A DNA stretch of 64,000 nucleotides from an uncultured Gammaproteobacteria bacterium (GCA_964416445.1 CAYQEE010000003.1:1946-65945); one strand, 5' to 3'. Positions 1-10,397 are shown, numbered from the stretch's first letter. Numbers and translations are program-made. The notes: a model not told the origin generated them from the sequence alone.

Positions 1-347
1 TTGGAGTAGCCGATAGAGGCGCCCTAATTCAGGCTAATGCTGGTTTTGAAGCAGTGCATAAAATTGGAATGCCTGAAGCGCAATTAATATTGGCGCATAT
101 TGCTATCTATCTGGCATCTGCAAAGAAATCTCGAGCTGTCCCCAATGCATTAGAGAAAGCTAAACGTGCAGTGTATGATTTTCCAAATGAATCTGTTCCA
201 TTACATTTACGGAATGCACCTACGAAACTTATGAAAGATCTTGGATACAGTAAAAATTATACTTGGTCTGAAAAATTTGTTGGTCCCGAAGATAATTTGT
301 CATATCTTCCCGAAAAATTAAAGGATAAGAAGTTTTATAATTCATAG
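1..347 (+). CDS. rarA: Replication-associated recombination protein A (RarA/MgsA family AAA+ ATPase), C-terminal part; the gene starts upstream of the window
   Basis: Frame 3 is open from the window edge. It reads GVADRGALIQANAGFEAVHKIGMPEAQLILAHIAIYLASAKKS...VPLHLRNAPTKLMKDLGY, matching the conserved RarA C-terminal helical lid (AxxYLAxAPKSNA ... PLHLRNAPTxLMK). Confidence 0.7.
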   Translation, partial: GVADRGALIQANAGFEAVHKIGMPEAQLILAHIAIYLASAKKSRAVPNALEKAKRAVYDFPNESVPLHLRNAPTKLMKDLGYSKNYTWSEKFVGPEDNLSYLPEKLKDKKFYNS

Positions 348-439
348 ATCAATTTTCATACAAAATTCTTACAGAAATATTACAGGTACAGATATGTTGT
401 TAATTAAAATAAATTTATCCTTGCTTTGTACAAATCTAG

Positions 440-826
440 GTGGTTTTCTCTATGAAAAAAAAGAAAAAGATTCTTGTGATAGATGATGATTCGGCAATTC
501 TGGATGCTATAACTACTTTATTAAAAGATGAATCCTATGATGTCAGAGCTAGCTCAAGCGCATTGAAAATATTAGATAAAGTAACTACCTATAAACCTGA
601 TGTAATTTTGCTAGATGTTCTTTTATCAGGAGAAGATGGACGACATGTTGCTCAAAGAATAAAAAGCAACAAAGAGACAAATAAAATTCCAATAATACTT
701 TTATCAGCACATACAGGAATGGAGAAAACAATAAATCAAGCAATCTCAGATGCGTTTATTGCGAAACCTTTTGATATCGATGATCTTTTAAATCAAGTAA
801 AAAAATTTGCGTATAAAGAATTATAA
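440..826 (+). CDS. Single-domain response regulator (CheY-like receiver)
   Basis: KILVIDDD...PDVILLDVLL...KIPIILLSAH...AFIAKPFD shows the typical receiver-domain D/D/K signature; 128 aa with no output domain. Confidence 0.75.
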   Translation: MVFSMKKKKKILVIDDDSAILDAITTLLKDESYDVRASSSALKILDKVTTYKPDVILLDVLLSGEDGRHVAQRIKSNKETNKIPIILLSAHTGMEKTINQAISDAFIAKPFDIDDLLNQVKKFAYKEL

Positions 827-896
827 AAAGCATAAGCATGAACAGGTTTTAAAAGACTACTTGATTTTATTTACATTTTCTTATAATCTGTAATGT

Positions 897-1391
897 ATGG
901 CCGATCCCACACAATCAGATCCAATAATTGAAGAACAAGTTATTGAGGCGGACGTAATTACTCCTGAAACATCTTCTGAAGAAAAATCGGATCAAGCAAC
1001 AGTGCTTACAAGTCTTGATGAGTTAATTAAGTCCCATATTGCTAGCCTTGACCGTCTTGCTGAAGAAAAGAAGAAATTAGGGGAAATGATTGCAGATGGA
1101 TTGAATAATGATGTTACTTTTAAAGAATTGTCTGATAAAGCGAAAGAGGCAACAAAGGCTAAATCACAGGCACGTCAGCAAATTATGAATAGACCAGGAG
1201 TTATCGAATTTGTCAATAAATTAAAAAATATTCAAAGTGAAATAAAAGAAAAAAATATGTCTTTATCAGATTATCTTTTAGAATACCAAAAAATGGCTGG
1301 AGTAAATCAAGTAGAAGGTTACGATGGTGAAGTTAGGGAGATAGTTCAAGTTGCAAAATTGGTAAGAAAGGCTTCAAAAGGTAGAGATTAG
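897..1391 (+). CDS. Hypothetical acidic coiled-coil protein
   Basis: 164-aa ORF, charged and Lys/Glu-rich, with no recognisable motif. Confidence 0.4.
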   Translation: MADPTQSDPIIEEQVIEADVITPETSSEEKSDQATVLTSLDELIKSHIASLDRLAEEKKKLGEMIADGLNNDVTFKELSDKAKEATKAKSQARQQIMNRPGVIEFVNKLKNIQSEIKEKNMSLSDYLLEYQKMAGVNQVEGYDGEVREIVQVAKLVRKASKGRD

Positions 1392-1978
1392 GAACCCCAT
1401 AATTCAGAATAAATTACTGTTCTACTTAAATAGTTATGAGTTTTACGATCCCATGTTCCTTCGCAAGTAATTAAGTTAAGTCGAGATTTATCATTTTTAG
1501 TAAAAATAGGCTTTAAGGGAAGTTGGTCGAAAGGATAATTAATAATATCAGTTACTATAAACGTGTAAGATTTTTTATTTGAATCTATCACGATAATTTT
1601 ATCTCCTTTACTGAGTTGGCTTAAATGGTAAAAAACTGCACCTGCTCCTGTAGCTGTATCGTAATGTCCATCAATAACCGCACTTCCCTTTTGCCCAGGT
1701 TTGTAACCTAGGTCATACCACGCAACGTCATTATTATTTTTAGGAATATCCATTCTTCCTTGAGAGTCCATACCTACATCCTCTATAGAAGACTGAACTC
1801 CTATCTTGGGAATAGAAATTACTTTTGGTGTTCCCACCTCAGGCGTTGCATTTATCGTAACGGATAAAAATCGTTTCTCCTTTATTGGAACTTCTCTTGA
1901 AATATAATAATATATACCAAGTAGCGCTCCAATACAAACTACAAAAACACATATAATAATATAAAATGGTTTTTGCAT
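1388..1978 (-). CDS. Sortase family transpeptidase
   Basis: N-terminal TM anchor; the His motif AVIDGHYDT; the catalytic Cys in LNLITCEG (TLxTC-like); a downstream Arg (LSRTVIY); 196 aa. Confidence 0.7.
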   Translation of the reverse strand: MQKPFYIIICVFVVCIGALLGIYYYISREVPIKEKRFLSVTINATPEVGTPKVISIPKIGVQSSIEDVGMDSQGRMDIPKNNNDVAWYDLGYKPGQKGSAVIDGHYDTATGAGAVFYHLSQLSKGDKIIVIDSNKKSYTFIVTDIINYPFDQLPLKPIFTKNDKSRLNLITCEGTWDRKTHNYLSRTVIYSELWGS

Positions 1979-1993
1979 AGCTAAATTAGTTAT

Positions 1994-2188
1994 TTACCGA
2001 AATGACGTTGCTGTTCCTCCCAATCCAGTTGCAGGACCGCTGCTAGGAACTAGTGGTTGTGTAACCATTGCATTTGATGGTGCCACTGATTTTGTTGGTG
2101 TGGGCGTTATTGATTGTGCCGAAACTACATTTGTTATTACAAAAGCAGTTATTACCAATGCAATCAAAGTAATAAAGATTTTTGCCAT
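1994..2188 (-). CDS. Small secreted P/T/S-rich peptide immediately upstream of the sortase (same strand, 15-bp gap)
   Basis: Signal peptide MAKIFITLIALVITAFVITNVVSA|QS followed by a roughly 40-aa Pro/Thr/Ser-rich tail ending ...GPATGLGGTATSFR. Probably co-transcribed with the sortase. Confidence 0.4.
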   Translation of the reverse strand: MAKIFITLIALVITAFVITNVVSAQSITPTPTKSVAPSNAMVTQPLVPSSGPATGLGGTATSFR

Positions 2189-2283
2189 ATATTATGTTCA
2201 CCTCCTTTCAACAATAAATAAACTATACTTTCTAGAGATAAGAGAAATAGTAAAAATTAGTAAGATTTAAGCAAGGGTAGTAA

Positions 2284-3495
2284 TTAAGCGCCAAACTTTT
2301 GAAGTCGTTTTGCGTGTGCTAATATGAAAGACATTAAATACTTTGATTCAAAATGACCAAGACCTCCCTGTAAACAGTCTGATTCGCCAAAATGTGTGAC
2401 TTTATCCGGACGACAAAAGGAAGATGTTAACAATACAGGGACAGGATGCCAGCTATGTGCTTTCATTGCTGCTGGAGTACTATGATCACCCGTGACTACG
2501 AATACATCAGGTTTCATATCGAGAATTTGAGGAATGTAACTATCCAGTTCTTCAATCCGTTTAACTTTTTCATCAAATTTTCCATCTTCTCCTGTACTGT
2601 CTGTGTATTTAAAATGGATAAAGAAAAAATCAAATTGATCCCAATTCGCTTTCAAGGAATCGATAGATTCTTGAAAATTATTTACAGGTGGAACGATATG
2701 CATACCAACTAAACGAGCAAGTCCACGATACATTGGATAAACACAAATTGCTGCCGCTTTTAGTCCGTAAAGATCTTCAACTGACTTAATTTGTGGACGC
2801 TTACCAATTCCTCGAAATGTTAACATATTTGCTGGATGATCATTTTTTAATATTTCTTTAGCTTGAGTAATAAATGCATTAATAACTTTTGCAGTATTTT
2901 CAGACGCTTGATCTTTTGCTTTTGCTGGTAAAGGTTGTAAACCTACTAGTTGGGGATCTGTATCCTCTACCTCACCTCCAAAGTCTTTACCTCTAATTAT
3001 TAAGGCAAATCGGTAATCTCTTACAGGTTCCACAAATAACTCAATTCCTTGAATTTGGATTGCTCGTAGTTTTGCCACCAATTTAGCGCATGTTTCGGTA
3101 GAGATACGACCTGCCCGTCGGTCAGTAATTTTACCTTCATTGTCAATTGTGCAAAAATTACCTCTAGCTGCAACATCATTTAGTTGGAGATCAAAGTCTA
3201 TACCAAGTGTTTCAAGTACTCCTCTGCCAATTTGATGTTTAATAGGATCATAACCAAAAATTCCCAGATGTCCTGGACCACTACCAGGAGTTATTCCTGG
3301 CAAAACAGGAGTGGAAAGTCCGCAAACATTTTGAGCAACGAGATTATCAAGATTTGGTGTTTGAGCTGTTTCAAGTTCCGTTTTACCGCCTGGTGTTAAA
3401 GGCATTCCACCTAAACCATCAGATACAAGCAGAACTATTTTTGAATCATTTTTTTCTTTTAAAGATGAAAGTATATCTTGTATATCCATAATCAT
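2284..3495 (-). CDS. apgM: 2,3-bisphosphoglycerate-independent phosphoglycerate mutase, archaeal type (ApgM family)
   Basis: N-terminal [12 protein letters not shown]...TPNLD and C-terminal DHSTP metalloenzyme motifs typical of the ApgM family; 4-bp overlap with eno. Confidence 0.8.
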   Translation of the reverse strand: MIMDIQDILSSLKEKNDSKIVLLVSDGLGGMPLTPGGKTELETAQTPNLDNLVAQNVCGLSTPVLPGITPGSGPGHLGIFGYDPIKHQIGRGVLETLGIDFDLQLNDVAARGNFCTIDNEGKITDRRAGRISTETCAKLVAKLRAIQIQGIELFVEPVRDYRFALIIRGKDFGGEVEDTDPQLVGLQPLPAKAKDQASENTAKVINAFITQAKEILKNDHPANMLTFRGIGKRPQIKSVEDLYGLKAAAICVYPMYRGLARLVGMHIVPPVNNFQESIDSLKANWDQFDFFFIHFKYTDSTGEDGKFDEKVKRIEELDSYIPQILDMKPDVFVVTGDHSTPAAMKAHSWHPVPVLLTSSFCRPDKVTHFGESDCLQGGLGHFESKYLMSFILAHAKRLQKFGA

Positions 3496-4781
3496 TTTTG
3501 AAATATACTCTTCCCTGCGAATTTTGCTTTTTTTCCAAGGGTTTCTTCTATTCTAAGTAATTCGTTATATTTTGCTACTCTGTCAGTACGACATAAAGAC
3601 CCAGTTTTAATTTGACCAGTTGCGAGGCCTACTGCCAGATGTGCGATTGTCGTGTCTTCCGTTTCTCCAGACCTATGAGAAATTATTGAACTCCAACCTG
3701 CTTCGGTAGCCATTTGGATACAGTTTAACGTTTCAGTTAATGTGCCTATTTGATTTAATTTAACTAAAACAGCATTAGCAGACTGCTCTTTTATTCCTCT
3801 TTCGAGAAATTGTATATTTGTGACGAACAAGTCATCACCGACAATTTGCTTATTTTTGCCTATATGAGTGGTTAATTGATGAAACCCTTCCCAGTCACTT
3901 TCTGAAAAACCATCCTCAATAGAATAAATAGGATAATTTTTCACAAGTTCGCTATACCATTGTGCCATCTCCTTTGTAGACAAGGTTTTCTTTTCGGTAG
4001 ATAAATGGTACGATCCATCTTTGAATAGTTCAGAAGCAGCAACATCTAATCCAAGAACAACATCTTTACCAGCAATATATCCCGCTTTTTTAATTGCCTC
4101 TAAAATAAGGTCAAGCGCCTCTTTGTTACCCGCTTTAACGTGGGGCGCATATCCACCTTCATCTCCTACGGTAGTACTGTAACCTTTTGACTCTAAGACC
4201 TTACCTAGTGAATGGAATATTTCTGCTCCAGCTCTTAATGCTTCTGAAAATGTAGGCATGCTGACTGGTAAAATCATAAATTCCTGAATATCTGTTGAAC
4301 CTGCAGCATGTTTCCCTCCATTTATGATATTCATAAGAGGTACTGGAAGAAGATATTCAGTAGATCGTTTTGAGAGTTCTGAAAAATATGTAAAAAGAGG
4401 TTTATTTGATGCAATGGCAGCAGCTTTTGCGGTTGCTAGTGATACTGCTAGAATAGCATTTGCACCTAATCGACTTTTATTTGGCGTTCCATCTAGTTCT
4501 ATAAGTGTTGAATCAATTTCTTGCTGATCAAGAACATCTTCTCCAATTATTGCCTTAGCAATATCTTTTTTTACGTTATTAACTGCTTTCAACACACTTT
4601 TTCCATTATAAATTTTTTTGTCATCATCGCGTAATTCAACTGCTTCATAAGTACCTGTTGAAGCTCCAGATGGAACAGCAGCACGTCCCAAAACTCCATT
4701 TTCTAAAAGTACATCGGCTTCTACAGTCGGATTTCCCCGAGAATCGAGTATTTGTCTTGCTGTAACGCCTGTAATAGTCAT
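3492..4781 (-). CDS. eno: Enolase
   Basis: [24 protein letters not shown]... and SHRSGETED motifs. The start is taken at the internal Met because the longer ORF would overlap pyk. Confidence 0.9.
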   Translation of the reverse strand: MTITGVTARQILDSRGNPTVEADVLLENGVLGRAAVPSGASTGTYEAVELRDDDKKIYNGKSVLKAVNNVKKDIAKAIIGEDVLDQQEIDSTLIELDGTPNKSRLGANAILAVSLATAKAAAIASNKPLFTYFSELSKRSTEYLLPVPLMNIINGGKHAAGSTDIQEFMILPVSMPTFSEALRAGAEIFHSLGKVLESKGYSTTVGDEGGYAPHVKAGNKEALDLILEAIKKAGYIAGKDVVLGLDVAASELFKDGSYHLSTEKKTLSTKEMAQWYSELVKNYPIYSIEDGFSESDWEGFHQLTTHIGKNKQIVGDDLFVTNIQFLERGIKEQSANAVLVKLNQIGTLTETLNCIQMATEAGWSSIISHRSGETEDTTIAHLAVGLATGQIKTGSLCRTDRVAKYNELLRIEETLGKKAKFAGKSIFQK

Positions 4782-4785
4782 ATTG

Positions 4786-6213
4786 TTATTTCTCTCCAAT
4801 TCGGGTAACGCTAATAATATTTGTATGACCAGCTTTTCCCGGATGAGTTCCTGTAACAAGAACTATCTTATCATTTTTTTCTAATTCTTGATGACTTAAT
4901 AATGTTTTTTCCAAATATTCATAAGCATTTTCGTTTGTTTCAATTTTTGGTAAATAATATGAAGTAACGCCCCATACTAAGTTTAATTGTCGATAAACTA
5001 AAAGATTGTCAGTTAATACATGAATAGGGATTAAAGGTCTATATGATGCTATACGAAGAGGTGTTTTTCCAGATGCTGTTAAGGTTAATATTTTTTTTGC
5101 TTTAACTTGATGTGCTAAAACACTTGCTGCAGCTGCTATGGCAGTTGTCTGATCACTAAAGTCTTTAATGGTATTCAATGAAAACGATTTATGAATATGC
5201 TGGAAGTATTTTTCAACTCTTTTAATAATTTTATCCATCATTGCAACTGTTTCGGTAGGATAATTTCCTGCTGCAGTTTCAGCTGATAGCATGACCGCAT
5301 CTACTTCATCTAAAACTGCTGTTGCTACGTCGTTTACTTCTGCTCGGGTAGGCTCTGCATTTGTAATCATTGATTCTAACATTTGAGTAGCTATAATGAT
5401 TGGTTTATTATATTTTTTCCCTAGCGCAATAATTGTCCTTTGTATAATAGGCACCTCTTCTTGGCCAAGTTCAACTGCTAAATCCCCACGGGCTACCATT
5501 ACGCAATCTGCAGCAATAATAATATTTTCTAAATGCTTTACTGCTGAAGCTGTTTCAATTTTTGCTATTATTTTAGGTTGATGTTCATATGCTGAAATAA
5601 TCTTTCTAACTGTTTCGATATCAGAAGCATCTTGAACGAATGAAACAGCAACATAATCTACTTTATGTTGTATTCCAAATTCTAAATCTTTCTTATCCTT
5701 CTCTGTTAATGCAACGTTTGGCAATTGAGTATCAGGTAAATTTACACCTTTGTGTGAACGAATTTCTCCACCAGCCATAACGGTACAAATTGCCTCTTCA
5801 TTATTGACTTTGTCGACGCGCAACCGAATTATTCCATCGTTAATAAAAATGTGATTTCCGACGGTAAGATGAGGAAAAATATTCAGCTGGACAGGAATTC
5901 GATTGTCAGTTTGTTCTTTACCAAAGTACAGTGTAATATTCTTTTGTGGTTCAAGTCGAACTGGTTCTTGTGCTAAATTACCTAATCGAATTTTTGGACC
6001 TTGTAAATCTTGGATTATTGCTGTTGGGACTTTTAATTTTTCTTCAATACGTCTTATACTTTCGATATTTTTTTTATGATCCTCGTAGGTTCCATGCGAA
6101 AAGTTAAGTCTTGCTGCATTCATCCCGTTATGGCGAAGTCGAAGAATAATTTCCTCAGTGCTTGAAGAAGGTCCAAGAGTAGCAAGTATTTTAGTCTTTT
6201 TGTGATATAACAT
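4786..6213 (-). CDS. pyk: Pyruvate kinase
   Basis: [12 protein letters not shown]...NFSHG..., with the [10 protein letters not shown] motif and a C-terminal domain. Confidence 0.9.
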   Translation of the reverse strand: MLYHKKTKILATLGPSSSTEEIILRLRHNGMNAARLNFSHGTYEDHKKNIESIRRIEEKLKVPTAIIQDLQGPKIRLGNLAQEPVRLEPQKNITLYFGKEQTDNRIPVQLNIFPHLTVGNHIFINDGIIRLRVDKVNNEEAICTVMAGGEIRSHKGVNLPDTQLPNVALTEKDKKDLEFGIQHKVDYVAVSFVQDASDIETVRKIISAYEHQPKIIAKIETASAVKHLENIIIAADCVMVARGDLAVELGQEEVPIIQRTIIALGKKYNKPIIIATQMLESMITNAEPTRAEVNDVATAVLDEVDAVMLSAETAAGNYPTETVAMMDKIIKRVEKYFQHIHKSFSLNTIKDFSDQTTAIAAAASVLAHQVKAKKILTLTASGKTPLRIASYRPLIPIHVLTDNLLVYRQLNLVWGVTSYYLPKIETNENAYEYLEKTLLSHQELEKNDKIVLVTGTHPGKAGHTNIISVTRIGEK

Positions 6214-6306
6214 TGGTATATTATAGTACTTTCTTTGAAAATACGAAATAGTTGCTTAAAAGGTGTTATAAAATGCTATTTTGATGGTATTATGTATAAT
6301 ATAGAT

Positions 6307-6555
6307 ATGATAACTTTTATGGGGTTACTAGCCGGTGCGTTGACGACATTTTCTCTCGTACCTCAATTAATACAAATTATTCGAACAAGGCATACGAAAG
6401 ATCTTTCATTAAAAACATATATTATTTTGACAATTGGTGTCCTGTTGTGGTTAATATATGGTTTATTTATCCACGACTTCGCTGTAATTATTGCAAATGC
6501 ATTGACACTCATGCTCGCGGGATGTATTGTTCTCTATAAAATTCGTTTTGGATAA
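6307..6555 (+). CDS. SemiSWEET / PQ-loop sugar transporter (MtN3 family, 3-TM)
   Basis: About 82 aa with 3 predicted TM helices and the PQ motif (TFSLVPQLIQIIRTRHTKDLSL). The start is taken at the internal ATG at 6307. Confidence 0.6.
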   Translation: MITFMGLLAGALTTFSLVPQLIQIIRTRHTKDLSLKTYIILTIGVLLWLIYGLFIHDFAVIIANALTLMLAGCIVLYKIRFG

Positions 6556-6567
6556 TTTTAATAGTCT

Positions 6568-7062
6568 ATGCTTATTAAGCAAATATACATAATTATTCTT
6601 GGTATTCTCTTAACACTCTTTGTCAGCGTAGGCATAACAACATTTTATCCTGAACCACAACCTCCTTTGTCAGCTCCAATTTCATTTCCCGTTGTTGCAC
6701 CTAGCTCACAAAGTGAGCAAAAGATTCAAACTAAGAATATTTCTGATCAAAACTTATGGCAAAAAAAATATTCAGAATATCAGAATAATGACAAGAAGTA
6801 TAATAGAAATGTTTCAATTATTGCAATCTTTATTTCAGTTGTATTTCTCATTCTTAGTTTAACTATTTTTAAACAGTTAAATATTCTTGCTGATGGTTTT
6901 CTTCTTGGAAGTCTTTTTACCTTATTAACAAGTATATTTAATGGATTTAAAAGTGATGACAGCAAGTATCGCTTTGTAGTAATCACTGTAGTTCTATTAA
7001 TTACCTTAGTCTTAGGATATTTAAAATTTATAAGAATTAATCAGCTGACAACTAAAAAATGA
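6568..7062 (+). CDS. Hypothetical membrane protein
   Basis: 164 aa with N-terminal and C-terminal hydrophobic segments; no recognisable motif. Confidence 0.4.
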   Translation: MLIKQIYIIILGILLTLFVSVGITTFYPEPQPPLSAPISFPVVAPSSQSEQKIQTKNISDQNLWQKKYSEYQNNDKKYNRNVSIIAIFISVVFLILSLTIFKQLNILADGFLLGSLFTLLTSIFNGFKSDDSKYRFVVITVVLLITLVLGYLKFIRINQLTTKK

Positions 7063-7105
7063 ATAATCAACATTGATAGATAAATAGATTCACTATCTTA
7101 ATAAA

Positions 7106-7504
7106 TTATATCGATGGGATACAGTTTATTATTAATTCTCTTTCTCTTGGACCATCAAGTTCAATTAATACAATTCTTTGCCAAGTACCTAATACCAACT
7201 TACCCTTAACAAGGGGAATACTCACGGAAGGACCAATAATTGAAGAAAGTATATGGTCTGGAGTGTGATTGGGGTTATGAGGATGACGATAGTTAAGTCT
7301 TGGAAGTATGCTCCTTAAAGCATCAAGCAGATCGAGATCTGTTCCGGGATCGAGATCTGCCGTACTAATACAGCAAGTAGTATGTAATACAAAAATTACA
7401 CATATACCAGCATGAATCTTCCCTTGTCCTATTTTTTCAGAAACCATGCCAGTAATATCAATAACTTCATCTTTTTTCTGTGTCTGTATTGTAACTGTTT
7501 GCAT
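7106..7504 (-). CDS. YjbQ/UPF0047 family protein (secondary thiamine-phosphate synthase-like)
   Basis: HTTCCISTADLDPG...LGTWQRIVLIELDGPRER matches conserved YjbQ family blocks. Confidence 0.7.
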   Translation of the reverse strand: MQTVTIQTQKKDEVIDITGMVSEKIGQGKIHAGICVIFVLHTTCCISTADLDPGTDLDLLDALRSILPRLNYRHPHNPNHTPDHILSSIIGPSVSIPLVKGKLVLGTWQRIVLIELDGPRERELIINCIPSI

Positions 7505-7556
7505 AATCTAACTATATCAAAAAGATTTTCGTAACACATTTGTTACACTGAGTATA

Positions 7557-7925
7557 ATGGCTCTTTCAAGCACATCTTATACCTTACAAGAAATAATACC
7601 TGGTGAGGTTATTAGGTTGTTGGGATAATCTCAAGAAAAAGGGTTAACTGAAAAAGAAGCGTCAATGCATATCAAGCTAATTGGACTTAATAATCTTGTA
7701 CAAAAAAATTCCTTTTTTAAAAAGTTCACCAAGTACGGTATTGATTAATGGAAGTTTATTAGTAATGACTGTTGGATTTCTATTGACAATATTACTTACA
7801 GCGTCATATTTTTCTTTTGTGAAAATACCACTTATTTTTTTTCGCTTCTTGCGTTGATTGTTTTTCTCTTTTGCTTTTTAGTTGAAATAACAAAAATTTG
7901 GTTTTATAGGCAAATCGTTAGTTAA
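7557..7925 (+). pseudogene. Remnant of a cation-transporting P-type ATPase: N-terminal about 90 aa plus the C-terminal tail, with frameshifts and an internal deletion
   Basis: Three frames read in order: MALSSTSYTLQEIIPGEVIRLLG*, SQEKGLTEKEASMHIKLIGLNNLVQKNSFFKKFTKYGID* and LLVMTVGFLLTILLTASYFSFVKIPLIFFRFLR*, followed by LIVFLFCFLVEITKIWFYRQIVS*. These mirror the N-terminal cation-ATPase signature (GLSxxEAxxRLxxxGxNxL, then TM1) and the very C-terminal (VVEixKxxxR) helix of P-type ATPases. Confidence 0.5.
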
Positions 7926-8066
7926 AAATAAGCAATTTGTTGAATCTTTTATCTTTTGTAGATTATTATTATCGCAGATTAATATGATCCCTCATAGGTA
8001 AGAAAGTACAAAATAATTGCATCAATTTATTAAATGTGCTAAGGTAAGAGAGGCTTACTTTCAGAC

Positions 8067-9302
8067 ATGAAGGAAAAAATACATATATCGCAAAGAGGCC
8101 AATTTGCTCCAGCTTCTCCTATAAGAAAATTGGTTCCTTTGTCGAATGCAACAAAATCACGTGGAATAAAGATCTATCATCTTAATATTGGAGACCCTGA
8201 TTTTCAATTACCTGATAAGATCCAACAAACTTTTCAGTCATTGGCAAAATCATTAACGCGACTTCCCTACCCTGCTTTTCGCGGTCAAAAAAGCATTCTA
8301 GAAAGTTGGAAAACGTATTATAAAGCACTCGGTATTTCTCACGATCTTGTTGATGAAGATATTATTGTTACTGCTGGTGCTAGCGATGCAATGACACTAA
8401 TTGCCGCTACTATCTTTGATCCAGGAGATGAATGTTTAGTTTTTGAACCATTTTATGCTCCTTATCAAATTTACGCAAGTTTTCTTTCTTACCAGTATGT
8501 TCCAGTTTCGTTAGATCCAAAAAATGGTTATCACTTACCTGACACGAGAGAAATAATTAAAAGAATAACTCCAAAAACAAAAGCAATATTTTTTACAAAT
8601 CCTAATAATCCTACTGGGACTGTTTTCTCTAGAAGTGAAATGGAGACAATTTTAGCAATAGCTCGTGAGTATAATTTATTTGTTGTGAGTGATGAAACAT
8701 ATCGCGGAATGGTATTTGATGGACGTGAAAGTTTAAGTATGTTTCATATTGCAAAAAAAGAAGATCTCGACCACATTATTATTGCAGATAGTTTATCAAA
8801 GCGTCTCAATGTTTGTGGCGCTCGAATGGGAGTTGCAATTTCTAAAAACGAAGAATTCAATGGTGCTGCTTTTCGATTCACTCAAGGTAGGCCCTATGCT
8901 GCTTATATAGAGCAAGAGATTGTCGCACCAATGTTATCTGATTCTTTAACATATATAGCTTGGCTTAGCAAAGAATATCAAAAGAGACGTGATGCATTTA
9001 TAACTACGCTTCAAACTGAATTGGATATTTCTCTTTCACAGCCTGAGGGAGCGTTTTATGTAATGGTTCAGTTACCCATTGATGATGCAGAATTATTTGT
9101 AAAATGGATGTTGACTGATTTTCAAATTAACAATGAAACAGTCATGGTTTCTCCAGGTGCAGGATTTTATGCTTCAAATGGAAAAGGAAAAAATGAAGTG
9201 AGAATCGCCTATGTTTTACAAGAAGAGGATTTAAAAAAAGCTGCTAAATTATTAGCGTTAGGAGTGAAAGAATATAATAAAAGAAAAAAAAGTGAACTTT
9301 AG
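8067..9302 (+). CDS. Pyridoxal-phosphate-dependent aminotransferase, class I/II (aspartate/aromatic aminotransferase-like)
   Basis: Fold-type I aminotransferase blocks including FTNPNNPTG; the PLP lysine lies in the SLSKR region. Confidence 0.8.
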   Translation: MKEKIHISQRGQFAPASPIRKLVPLSNATKSRGIKIYHLNIGDPDFQLPDKIQQTFQSLAKSLTRLPYPAFRGQKSILESWKTYYKALGISHDLVDEDIIVTAGASDAMTLIAATIFDPGDECLVFEPFYAPYQIYASFLSYQYVPVSLDPKNGYHLPDTREIIKRITPKTKAIFFTNPNNPTGTVFSRSEMETILAIAREYNLFVVSDETYRGMVFDGRESLSMFHIAKKEDLDHIIIADSLSKRLNVCGARMGVAISKNEEFNGAAFRFTQGRPYAAYIEQEIVAPMLSDSLTYIAWLSKEYQKRRDAFITTLQTELDISLSQPEGAFYVMVQLPIDDAELFVKWMLTDFQINNETVMVSPGAGFYASNGKGKNEVRIAYVLQEEDLKKAAKLLALGVKEYNKRKKSEL

Positions 9303-9320
9303 AATTGTTCTTTGATGGGA

Positions 9321-10373
9321 CTAACTAATTTGATAAGCAGCTTCAAAAAATTTTGATTGTACTCTTGCATCCCGATGAAATAATTCTTTCCACATTTTAT
9401 GAATAGGATAGTCATATTCATTTATTTTGATTTTATCAATTTCATTATACTGTTCTTTCCACTGTTTTGTATAAAAAACCCCATTAGTCAATCGATTAAT
9501 TTGACTGAAATATATTTTAATTTGTTCAAGTGTCATTTCCTGAAACGAATTAATATTAATAAATAGGTCAATACTTTTCTTTGGAAGAAGTTCTATTTGG
9601 TGAGGTAGCAGAAAAATAAAATCGGAAGTATTAAAAGCATCTCTAATTTGACTAAATGATTGGAAATCTCTAATTTGTAATATATTTTTATTTGGAAATA
9701 CCTTACGAATATACCACTGAGCAATTACTATCCCAGGAACAATATCAACCATAATAATTTTAGCCTTTGGATATATATTTTTTAACACATATTCATTTCT
9801 CCCGTAACCACCACCTATTTCAAGTATTGTTTTTGGGTCTTTGTTTAATGATTCTAATGCTTCTAATATTGAATACGCTTCAATAATTGAATTAAGTAAA
9901 TCTTGTGAAAATGTTTTATTTCGCCAAGTAACTAATAAGGGATTGCCATATCTCTGTTCCTCAAGTTCAAGAAGCTGCTTCGTATCAAAGCGTTTTACGT
10001 AATCCCACAGTAAGCAATGATAGTACACATACATCCATCGTTGCCGTTCTTCCATTGGAAAATTTGGATAGGGGGAAGATGTCAATGCGGTGACTGCTGC
10101 TCGTATTTTGCTTTTCCAGCTTGATCGCTTCCACACATATTGAAACTGCCAATAACTCCATTCAAAGACAAGAAAGTTGAAATAATCTAAGCCTTGTCTA
10201 ATTTTGATATTTTCAAAGCCGTCTTGAAGTAATTGCTTATTATTTTTTTTCGCAATTGTTTTCCAATATTTTGAAGGATGATAGACTTCTTTACCTTTTT
10301 CCATTAATTGTGTAGCAAAATCTAACATTTCTTTTACTGAGAGTTCGTTACCATTTTGCGATGTAATGATCAT
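9321..10373 (-). CDS. Class I SAM-dependent methyltransferase with a large N-terminal helical domain (putative sugar O-methyltransferase-like)
   Basis: Motif I ILEIGGGYGRN followed by an acidic IMVDIV. It sits immediately downstream of the ABC-2 exporter genes on the same strand. Confidence 0.5.
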   Translation of the reverse strand: MIITSQNGNELSVKEMLDFATQLMEKGKEVYHPSKYWKTIAKKNNKQLLQDGFENIKIRQGLDYFNFLVFEWSYWQFQYVWKRSSWKSKIRAAVTALTSSPYPNFPMEERQRWMYVYYHCLLWDYVKRFDTKQLLELEEQRYGNPLLVTWRNKTFSQDLLNSIIEAYSILEALESLNKDPKTILEIGGGYGRNEYVLKNIYPKAKIIMVDIVPGIVIAQWYIRKVFPNKNILQIRDFQSFSQIRDAFNTSDFIFLLPHQIELLPKKSIDLFININSFQEMTLEQIKIYFSQINRLTNGVFYTKQWKEQYNEIDKIKINEYDYPIHKMWKELFHRDARVQSKFFEAAYQIS

Positions 10374-10397
10374 ATGAAAAAAGATTTATTCTGTAGT

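Noticed and set aside
1994-2188. The small peptide upstream of the sortase as a classical LPXTG substrate
   Set aside because: It has no LPXTG-like pentapeptide followed by a hydrophobic segment and basic tail. It is retained only as a candidate non-canonical partner.
2446-2712. Small ORFs antisense to or nested within well-supported genes: 2446..2712, 3184..3399, 4324..4527, 5396..5581, 6780..6986, 10552..10827, 10765..10965, 12653..13100, 28676..28876, 30489..30848, 31158..31824, 32306..32527, 32935..33447, 35095..35785, 36478..36888, 39175..39795, 50794..51084, 55315..55656, 56110..56304 and others
   Set aside because: Each lies inside, or antisense to, a longer ORF with clear homology-grade motifs. 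Their translations are low-complexity or hydrophobic noise typical of AT-rich antisense frames.
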